From positions 1-44,883 of the IMG/VR virus record IMGVR_UViG_3300029179_000004: a stretch of 44,883 nucleotides of DNA; one strand, written 5' to 3'. Shown piece by piece: positions 38,243 through 44,883 of this stretch. Origin of the DNA: a virus. Its lineage: Duplodnaviria; Caudoviricetes. The notes under the pieces are model-generated. The model made no database searches, was not told the DNA's origin, and saw only the letters and a program-made list of their open reading frames with translations. The position numbers and the translations under genes are program-made. The stretch's first letter is position 1. Each line of letters opens with the position of its first letter.

Positions 38243-38681
38243 AAACTTTAACGCAAAGTCGTACATGAACGAAACTTCAAACGACGACTGTTTGCTGATC
38301 ACAAGAGATACAGTCGTTAGCCAGGCTCACCAACTTGTATCGGATCTACATGAACGAATGGGGGAAGTTTCTGAAGCTTCCCCGTTTTTAACTTCACTAA
38401 GAAGTCGAGGGGTCCACTCCATGTATCAGAACTTTCAAAATTTTCTTCTCCGGCAAGAGGACATGCTAATGTTAGTCAGGAGCCAACACCTTCCTGATCT
38501 TGAGTGCAAAGCTACTATCCTTCTGAAGTTCTCCTACTCCCAAGATGAAAAGCTCTTTTTGTGCGAGGGGCGGTTAGCTCTCGAAAGGGATGTCGAAGAA
38601 AAAATAGAACCTAATATGGAATTGTATAATAGAATTATGTCCCTCAACGGCCACCTGGAGGGTAACCGTGATAACAATTGA
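38229..38681 (+). CDS. Hypothetical protein
   Basis: 150-aa ORF with GAGG RBS. Confidence 0.6.
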   Translation: MKRIENFNAKSYMNETSNDDCLLITRDTVVSQAHQLVSDLHERMGEVSEASPFLTSLRSRGVHSMYQNFQNFLLRQEDMLMLVRSQHLPDLECKATILLKFSYSQDEKLFLCEGRLALERDVEEKIEPNMELYNRIMSLNGHLEGNRDNN

Positions 38682-40806
38682 CTGTGAGACCTTGGGACTC
38701 GTCGGCCCTATGGTTACTCTACAATACGCAATCGGTAATGATCCGGTTGTGATCCACGAGATTTTCTACCAACCAATGCGATGCACGATAGATTTGATCC
38801 GAAGGATTTGCGATAGCGAGGTGTGCGGTTTCAACCTGACGTTCGACTGGTTCCATGTCAGCAAGATTTATCATTGCTTGGACTGGCTGGTGCGGAACGG
38901 TGCTAATCCGCATCAGCCCCCGACCGTCGAGCAAATCGCTGCGGCAGAAAAACCGTCGAGTAACTCGAGCACGTTTTGTAAACCGAAAGCGGCTTGTGAT
39001 GTGATGCTGGTCGCACGACAAGGGCCGTATCAATGCGTCATGAAGCGAGATCCCGCGTTTATCAGAAAGGTTCCACAACAAGCAGTCGGCCCGATCGTGG
39101 AGCACTTCAAGAAGAATCACAACCTCGGAAATTTCGTCACGCCGAAGTTCACAGTCAAACCGACTAAAGATGACGCGTTCTCTGACATCGTGATTTCGTA
39201 TCACGCTAAGGGCTCTCTAAAATCATTGGCTGCTGACGCCCTCGGACTGTCTACAGTCGCTCTCGGCGAATTGCTCGAAGACAAACCTGAACTCGAGTTC
39301 CCGAAAGAGGTGCTTTACCACCCGGCGGGAAAACAAGATTGGCTACGCGTCGCACAGAGCCACATCGAGTTCTGGCACAGCAACCCACAAGCAAGACAGT
39401 ACGCCGCCAATGACGTCGATTACACGCGACGACTCTACCAGTTCTTCGGCTCGCCAACTCCAGGAGATGACAACAGCGAACTCGCTATCGCCGTCGCTTG
39501 CGCTAGACTCAAAGGCTTCGCACTTGATCTGCATCAAGTCGCCAAAGTACACGCCAACGCTCAGATCAAACAGCTCGAACCCGACGGCTCGACCCCCATC
39601 CCTCAGTACACTCGCGATGTAAAAAAATATCTTGACGACAGGCTGAATCCTCTTGAAAAAATGATCCTCACTGAGTCGACTTCAAAAACCATCCTCGAAC
39701 AACTCAGCAAAGGATCAAGCCAAGGTGCTCTCGCCGCTAAGAGAGTCGTCGAAGCACGACAGGCTCACAACGAACAAGTTCTCTGCGAAAAATTTTTGAC
39801 TGCCGGAAGGCTTCACGCTGACATCAATATCATCGGCTCTCTCTCCAATCGCATGTCCGGTGCCGGGGATCTCAACATCCTTGGCATCAACCGACGACAA
39901 GAGATCCGATCGTGCCTCACTCTCGCTGACCCAGGATGGACTCTTTCAGGCGGTGACTTCGATGCCTTTGAAGTCGCCATCATCGCCGCAGCTTGTGACG
40001 ATCCGGGATTGAACGAAGTGCTCGCCACCGGCAAGAAGATCCACGCCATCTTCGGTACTTGCGTGTTCCCTGATCTGACTTATGACGACGTGATCAAGAA
40101 CAAAAAGCTTTACGCAAACTGCAAAGCAACCTTCCTAGCCACGATGTACGGCGGGACCGAATTCACCATCAAGCGTCTGCTCGATATTGATGACAACGCC
40201 GCCGTCGATACACTCAAGCGATTCGAAGCTCTCTTCCCGAGGATCAAGGGCTACCGCGACAAAATCGTCAACGATTTCAATTACATGGAAGTCGACGAGG
40301 ATGGGCAGTTCATACCTCGCAAGCCCAAAAATTACGTCGAGTCTATGCTCGGCTTCCGTCGCTACTTCGATATGGAATACAAGATGGCTGACGCTATACA
40401 CGAACTCATCCTCCGACCTGGGGACGAGCTCCGTTCTTTGTCGAAAACAATTCGCCGTCGAGATCGCGATCAAACCGTTCTCGGGGCTGCACTGTCCGCA
40501 CTCTATGGCTCTCTGTTTTCGATCAGCAAGAGCATTATGCGAGCGGCTTCAAACCATGTGATCCAAAGCACCGGAGCAGCGATCACGAAGTCTCTTCAAC
40601 GAAAAATCTGGGATCTTCAACCTCCAGGCATTCACCCGATCAAGGTCATGACTCTGAGCATTCACGATGAGGTCTTGACTGTCAGCCAGGAAACGAGTAA
40701 AATTGCAAACGTCGTGAGTGCGACAATTGACGACTACAAAAAAGTAGTCCCCATGCTAAGCATGGATTGGATAACTCATATGAACTCCTGGGCTGATAAA
40801 CGATAA
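38668..40806 (+). CDS. polA: Family A DNA polymerase with 3'-5' exonuclease
   Basis: ExoI IDCET, ExoII FNLTFD, ExoIII YAANDV; motif A GDFDAFE, motif B KATFLATMYG, IQSTGA, motif C IHDE. Confidence 0.92.
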   Translation: MITIDCETLGLVGPMVTLQYAIGNDPVVIHEIFYQPMRCTIDLIRRICDSEVCGFNLTFDWFHVSKIYHCLDWLVRNGANPHQPPTVEQIAAAEKPSSNSSTFCKPKAACDVMLVARQGPYQCVMKRDPAFIRKVPQQAVGPIVEHFKKNHNLGNFVTPKFTVKPTKDDAFSDIVISYHAKGSLKSLAADALGLSTVALGELLEDKPELEFPKEVLYHPAGKQDWLRVAQSHIEFWHSNPQARQYAANDVDYTRRLYQFFGSPTPGDDNSELAIAVACARLKGFALDLHQVAKVHANAQIKQLEPDGSTPIPQYTRDVKKYLDDRLNPLEKMILTESTSKTILEQLSKGSSQGALAAKRVVEARQAHNEQVLCEKFLTAGRLHADINIIGSLSNRMSGAGDLNILGINRRQEIRSCLTLADPGWTLSGGDFDAFEVAIIAAACDDPGLNEVLATGKKIHAIFGTCVFPDLTYDDVIKNKKLYANCKATFLATMYGGTEFTIKRLLDIDDNAAVDTLKRFEALFPRIKGYRDKIVNDFNYMEVDEDGQFIPRKPKNYVESMLGFRRYFDMEYKMADAIHELILRPGDELRSLSKTIRRRDRDQTVLGAALSALYGSLFSISKSIMRAASNHVIQSTGAAITKSLQRKIWDLQPPGIHPIKVMTLSIHDEVLTVSQETSKIANVVSATIDDYKKVVPMLSMDWITHMNSWADKR

Positions 40807-40854
40807 CGTCTTTATGAGGTCGCTGAGCGATAACGTCTTTATGATGTCGCTGAG
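40801..40854 (+). repeat. 27-bp direct tandem repeat x2 between polA and the VRR-NUC gene
   Basis: cgataacgtctttatga(g/t)gtcgctgag twice. Confidence 0.9.
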
Positions 40855-40873
40855 TGACCTGAGGGGGGATAAA

Positions 40874-41191
40874 ATGGCCGTGAAAAAAGAATCGATAACC
40901 GTGAAGAGAATCCGAGAGATCCTACAAGCTGCTGGGTGGTACGTGATCAAAATGCACGGCAACATCTTCCAAGCAGGATTCCCCGACCTCTATGCCACAC
41001 ACGAGAGGTACGGAGTACGGCTGATTGAAGTGAAAGAAAAACTGCGCTTCACTAAGGCTCAAAAAACGGTCTTCAATCTGCTGCGAAAAAACGGCTCACC
41101 AGTCTACATCGTCGAATGCCCTGACACAGTGCTGAGTATTATAAGCCTCAAAGGTGGGAACCTGGAGGCTTACAGCGAGTTCCTGAAATAG
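40874..41191 (+). CDS. VRR-NUC / PD-(D/E)XK resolvase-like nuclease
   Basis: KES...GWYVIK...GFPDL...LIEVK...FTKAQ; GAGGGGGG RBS before ATG 40874. Confidence 0.85.
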   Translation: MAVKKESITVKRIREILQAAGWYVIKMHGNIFQAGFPDLYATHERYGVRLIEVKEKLRFTKAQKTVFNLLRKNGSPVYIVECPDTVLSIISLKGGNLEAYSEFLK

Positions 41192-41434
41192 TTACACAAC
41201 AGGCCTGCCATGATTTCTCATGTTGCAAATCGTACGAAACAGCAAACTGTTCGGGACTAAAATCGTAGACTCTTCGTCAAGCTGTCGCTTGACTTCTTCA
41301 CACGCTATTATGATATCCGACCGACTTAAACCAACTGCTGTCATTGTAATCGAATTCCACCGAATTCGATTACAATAAAACGGCTTCAATTGTTCCTCGA
41401 TGAGGCTCTTTATCTGTTCAAAATTTTCCATCAT
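41192..41434 (-). CDS. Stand-alone copy of the AAA+ lid domain
   Basis: EQIKSLI...RWN...GLSRSDIIIACEEVKR aligns with DQTENVI...QWN...GLSFAEVAKACVDVKK of the adjacent ATPase. Confidence 0.7.
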   Translation of the reverse strand: MMENFEQIKSLIEEQLKPFYCNRIRWNSITMTAVGLSRSDIIIACEEVKRQLDEESTILVPNSLLFRTICNMRNHGRPVV

Positions 41435-42276
41435 CTTTCACCTCCTACCGTACGCCATCCTGTATCAACTCGGGACACACGAGCTGCCATATTCTGTAAA
41501 CTCTCTCTCAGGACTTCGGGCACATTCGCTTCAGATCCGCTAAGAGCGACGGCCTTTTTCACGTCAACACAAGCTTTCGCGACTTCCGCAAAGCTTAAAC
41601 CATTCGCTGCTGCGATAGAGGCATTCCATTGGACCGCGTTGAGCTTCAAGCAACTCAGAGAGTTTCTGATCACATTCTCTGTCTGATCTAGAGTAGGAAA
41701 ATCATAATAAATCACTTCGTCAAAGCGCCGCACGAATGAGCGACTGATAGCTTTGTAAATGCTGGTAGTTACGACGATAAATACCTCAGGATGATCGCTA
41801 CTCAGGATGGACAAAAAATCATAAGGGACGCTACTACCCACATCGTCGAACGAATAAACGCCGCGACTACGATCTATAATCTTAGAGAGACGACGAAGTT
41901 GGGAATCAGCATCGTCCGAAAAATTTTCTAATCGGACCCTAATCAAAGGCAGATTCAATTCTCCGGCAAGCGCAGCCGCTGTGGTCGTTTTGCCTGAGCC
42001 TGAAGGGCCGATGATCAACAACTTACGACTGTGCGACACGCCGCAACCGGTAAGCTTGTCCCGCTGGATGTATTCTGTTTTGATTCGCTCAAAGGTCTTC
42101 TTCACCGATTCCGATAGAGTGAGGAAGACAAATCGCATCCTTGGAGAGCGGATCGTTTCGATCAAATAATTGTCATCTGATTCGAGTTCCGACTCATCAG
42201 TTGGCTCGGTATCCCCCTGACTCGGGGAGCCGTCTTCACATTGACTCTTAAACAAGTCTCGCCATTCATTAATCAT
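41431..42276 (-). CDS. AAA+ ATPase, IetA-like, with degenerate Walker B
   Basis: RKLLIIGPSGSGKT, ALAGELNLPL, RGVYSFDD, RRFDEVI. Confidence 0.8.
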   Translation of the reverse strand: MINEWRDLFKSQCEDGSPSQGDTEPTDESELESDDNYLIETIRSPRMRFVFLTLSESVKKTFERIKTEYIQRDKLTGCGVSHSRKLLIIGPSGSGKTTTAAALAGELNLPLIRVRLENFSDDADSQLRRLSKIIDRSRGVYSFDDVGSSVPYDFLSILSSDHPEVFIVVTTSIYKAISRSFVRRFDEVIYYDFPTLDQTENVIRNSLSCLKLNAVQWNASIAAANGLSFAEVAKACVDVKKAVALSGSEANVPEVLRESLQNMAARVSRVDTGWRTVGGER

Positions 42277-42309
42277 CGCTTACTCCTTTTATTGAAACGT
42301 CTTACACCT

Positions 42310-42398
42310 ATCATACCCCGATCAACTGGCTCCGTCAACCAAAGAAAAAATAAAAATTTCCAAAAAAGGATTGACACGCCTAAAGAATGATCTATGAT
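42310..42398. promoter_or_regulatory. Divergent sigma70-type promoters sharing an A-tract
   Basis: Minus TTGACG(42338)-17-TATGAT; plus TTGACA(42371)-16-TATGAT; AAAAAATAAAAATTTCC between them. Confidence 0.7.
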
Positions 42399-42420
42399 GA
42401 ATGTAGACAGTCAGACTTAA

Positions 42421-42455
<35 letters not shown>

Positions 42456-42710
42456 ATGAAAACGAAAATCGCGGCGAAAAAAATTCCTGGTTGGACAAGG
42501 GCCCGAGAAGGCGTAAGCGACAACAGCATCGTTTGGATCTCGGACTCCACAAAACAGACCACGGTCTCAATCGAGGCTCAGGACTCCGGAGAATTCTTCC
42601 TCAGGATACTCGATGGGAACAAGGGGGGTCGATACCAGAAAACAAGATCTTACCACGAAGCCGAGAGACTGGCTTATGGTTACATGGAACGAAAAGGAGT
42701 GCTGTCATGA
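42456..42710 (+). CDS. Small hypothetical (early-type) protein
   Basis: ATG after the GA tract, downstream of the promoter. Confidence 0.65.
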   Translation: MKTKIAAKKIPGWTRAREGVSDNSIVWISDSTKQTTVSIEAQDSGEFFLRILDGNKGGRYQKTRSYHEAERLAYGYMERKGVLS

Positions 42711-42889
42711 CCATTAATTGCGATCAAGAAAAAACAACATTGAGCGACTTCTACATCGAATTCGTCCAACATCAACCTCAAGGATTTTGGTTCGCCAAGG
42801 TTTATGAAAACGGAGAAACTGAGACGATTTGCATGTACACGACAAACTTAGAACAGGCAAAGGAGATAGCAGAAAAATGGTCACAATGA
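42707..42889 (+). CDS. Small hypothetical protein
   Basis: AAGGAG RBS and ATGA overlap. Confidence 0.65.
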   Translation: MTINCDQEKTTLSDFYIEFVQHQPQGFWFAKVYENGETETICMYTTNLEQAKEIAEKWSQ

Positions 42890-43161
42890 ACAAAATCACT
42901 ATCAACCAGAGTGAGTACGATAAGCTGGTACGAGCACAGAAAAAAGCCGTGCAGATTTTCTTGTTCTTGAAACTACACGGAGTGAACGGAGATGAGTTCA
43001 CTACTATGGGAGCTTCTGACATAGCCAAGGCATCTTCGACAAAACTATCTACGCTAGGAGAGAACCTGCTAGGGTTGAAGCTAACCGGATTAATAGACTA
43101 CCGCAAGGACACCAAGAACAAATACTCGATAAAACTAACGGAGGCCACAGCAAGTGCTTGA
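42886..43161 (+). CDS. Putative winged-HTH protein
   Basis: MGASDIAKAS...STLGENLLGLKLTGLIDY; ATGA overlap. Confidence 0.55.
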   Translation: MNKITINQSEYDKLVRAQKKAVQIFLFLKLHGVNGDEFTTMGASDIAKASSTKLSTLGENLLGLKLTGLIDYRKDTKNKYSIKLTEATASA

Positions 43162-43648
43162 TCTAAAAAAGATTCACGACAGGGTCATGAAGTTCATCAA
43201 CTTCCACCGAGTGATGGGCGACCCTGAAGTGATGAAAAACATAATGAAAGAGATGTTTCCTTTAATCAAAGAAATCAATCCGGACTTCCTTGTCGGGAAC
43301 GAGAGGACATCCCAAGGACTTCTCGCACTATGCTCAGTAGATACGGGGATCCCGTCTATGTGCATGGTGTCGAAATGTAAGCCCGTTTCTAGTCCAATGA
43401 GATATTTCGACGACGAATATTTTGTGAATTACAGAGATGTCTCAAGGGCCGTGGTCATCGAACCCGTTATCACAGACAGCTGGAGCTTAAAACGATTGAG
43501 GTGCGGATGCAAATCTCGTAACCTAGAGATCGTCGCCGTCCTGTGCGTTGTCGATCTCAGAGCTGAGAAGAGCGAGACAATCGATTCGTGCGACTTCAAA
43601 GCTCTGGTACGAAAAAAAGAATGGCTCAATCTCGCCAAGCCGACATAG
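43154..43648 (+). CDS. Degenerate type I phosphoribosyltransferase (OPRT-like)
   Basis: DFLVGNE, AVVIEPVITDSWS (versus VVEDVITTGGS), EIVAVLCVVDLR. Confidence 0.6.
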   Translation: MLDLKKIHDRVMKFINFHRVMGDPEVMKNIMKEMFPLIKEINPDFLVGNERTSQGLLALCSVDTGIPSMCMVSKCKPVSSPMRYFDDEYFVNYRDVSRAVVIEPVITDSWSLKRLRCGCKSRNLEIVAVLCVVDLRAEKSETIDSCDFKALVRKKEWLNLAKPT

Positions 43649-43659
43649 TATAATTGAAC

Positions 43660-43851
43660 TCATGTGCGATTGCTAAGGACACCAAGAAGGAGCTGCATAA
43701 GGATCTTGAAAATCTCAAGAGTCATCGGAGTGAGCCCCTGCTCCATTGCTTGAAGCTGAGCCAGGGGTACACCGGACATAGCAGCAAGATCGCCTAACTG
43801 AACACCAGCCCTATGGCGCATGCCGGTGATAGTCTCTTTGAAAAAATTCAT
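43660..43851 (-). CDS. XRE/Cro-like HTH protein
   Basis: MRHRAGVQLGDLAAMSGVPLAQLQAMEQG. Confidence 0.7.
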   Translation of the reverse strand: MNFFKETITGMRHRAGVQLGDLAAMSGVPLAQLQAMEQGLTPMTLEIFKILMQLLLGVLSNRT

Positions 43852-44618
43852 TTCTTAAACTCCGGAAGAGTGTCAGTGGTCGTTGTTGTTGTGATCACCG
43901 CAAAGTGACCGAGTTCACCTGTGAAGTACGATTCGGGGATAAAACAGTAACCACCTGCGCCCCACGAAGGGCCCCAAGAATTCAAGGTCTCGATGTACCA
44001 TTGTGATCCGATTTTTTTTACCCCGATCCCAGCCATGCAATGACCGCCACCCGCTCCCCTTCGAGCCGGAATCACACCACTGGAATCGGGATTGAAAGCT
44101 TGACCGATTTGGACGCCGAACACTGTCGGCCGGTTCTCCAAAATCGCACTGACTAACTCGTCGAACGTGTTGCAATCACACGTCTCTTGCGCTCGATATT
44201 TTGCAGCTTCTGCTTCGACACCTGACGGCCAGTCACGCGGCCAAATCTTCTTCGCAGGAACCAACGACTCGAGCACGATGCCTTTCTTCAGAACCTCCAT
44301 CGCGTCATGCACTACGGCCCCTTGGTCTCGTCCGCCGTTAATCAACCCGTAGACGTAGCACGGCGAGAAACGAAGATCGTTACGGTATATCGCAAGATTG
44401 TACGAGACGGTAAATCCGGCAGCAGCGCCATGACCGACACACGAACCCTGACCGTTCTGATCGTAGACCGTCGGACAGTAAGATCGAAGACTGTGATCCC
44501 ACCATTCGCTGCGAGGTTTCACCGCGTACGACGCGCCGTACTTTGGAAACGCATACGATCTGGTCGGAGCGAGAGCGCCAAGAAACCGTTCTTCACCTGC
44601 TTCAAATACGCTTTCCAT
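43848..44618 (-). CDS. Papain-like (C1) cysteine peptidase
   Basis: DQNGQGSCVGH (Gln/Cys), GGHCM (His), NSWG (Asn). Confidence 0.9.
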   Translation of the reverse strand: MESVFEAGEERFLGALAPTRSYAFPKYGASYAVKPRSEWWDHSLRSYCPTVYDQNGQGSCVGHGAAAGFTVSYNLAIYRNDLRFSPCYVYGLINGGRDQGAVVHDAMEVLKKGIVLESLVPAKKIWPRDWPSGVEAEAAKYRAQETCDCNTFDELVSAILENRPTVFGVQIGQAFNPDSSGVIPARRGAGGGHCMAGIGVKKIGSQWYIETLNSWGPSWGAGGYCFIPESYFTGELGHFAVITTTTTTDTLPEFKK

Positions 44619-44644
44619 GTTTGAATGCGTCCTCTTATACCTCT

Positions 44645-44866
44645 TCAGCGAGGTCCGTGTTGATTGATTCCTTGAATGATCTGATCTTCTGTCTTCAGAG
44701 CTTGAGACAAGATAACACTTCCCGAATCAGCGAGTAGGATCAGGCATGGAACCGATGTCGCGAAAGGGGTGATATTGTACTTCGTCATCTCTGGTCCGGT
44801 GTGACTGAACAGCCGAACTTGGATCTTCTTGGACGCAGCAAGGTCTCGCCACTTCGTAGACGCTCC
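44645..44866 (-). CDS. 5'-truncated hypothetical protein (thioredoxin-like C-terminal fragment)
   Basis: Manual translation GASTKWRDLAASKKIQVRLF...SVPCLILLADSGSVILSQAL...HGPR*; open up to the primer tag. Confidence 0.55.
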   Translation of the reverse strand, partial: GASTKWRDLAASKKIQVRLFSHTGPEMTKYNITPFATSVPCLILLADSGSVILSQALKTEDQIIQGINQHGPR

Positions 44867-44883
44867 GATCGTGACTGGGAAAC
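44867..44883 (-). other. Random-amplification primer tag (reverse complement), library artefact
   Basis: GATCGTGACTGGGAAAC; it truncates an open reading frame. Confidence 0.9.

Noticed and set aside
29248-40806. Inteins or introns in nrdJ, primase, helicase or polA
   Set aside because: Catalytic motifs are normally spaced; no intein splice motifs or homing endonuclease signatures were seen
43660-43851. Lysogeny module
   Set aside because: Only a lone small HTH gene; no integrase, partition genes or att site is visible, so lifestyle cannot be called

Overview
Nearly the whole window is one partial tailed dsDNA phage genome, probably a siphovirus (tail tube and a 1309-aa tape measure protein, no sheath). 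The 17-nt terminal inverted repeat is a random-amplification primer tag, not a biological end. Layout: (1) RhuM-like gene, small paralogs and a dTTP-supply cluster (thyX, dcd, tmk) with a PD-(D/E)XK nuclease, 0.1-5.5 kb; (2) a plus-strand morphogenesis block, 5.6-28.8 kb (terminase, portal, three tandem receptor-binding-like paralogs, scaffold, P22-gp5-like capsid, tail); (3) replication genes, 29-41 kb (class II RNR, primase-helicase, SNF2 helicase, PolA, VRR-NUC); (4) an accessory end with a degenerate IetA-like AAA+ ATPase plus a stand-alone lid copy, a PRTase-like protein, HTH proteins and a papain-like protease. Several small genes resemble proteins I recall from Planctomycetota (Gemmataceae), suggesting a planctomycete host; this is unverified. 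Most notable: a two-register hairpin/operator array before the capsid gene, a chimeric gene born from a ~326-bp tandem duplication, an acidic/basic paralog pair with duplicated promoters, a (GA)15 leader, a T9 tract that needs a +1/-2 shift in the tail chaperone genes, and a repeat-rich exported peptide. No integrase, CRISPR, RT/DGR, tRNA or recognisable peptidoglycan hydrolase was seen. All product calls come from motif recognition, not database searches.
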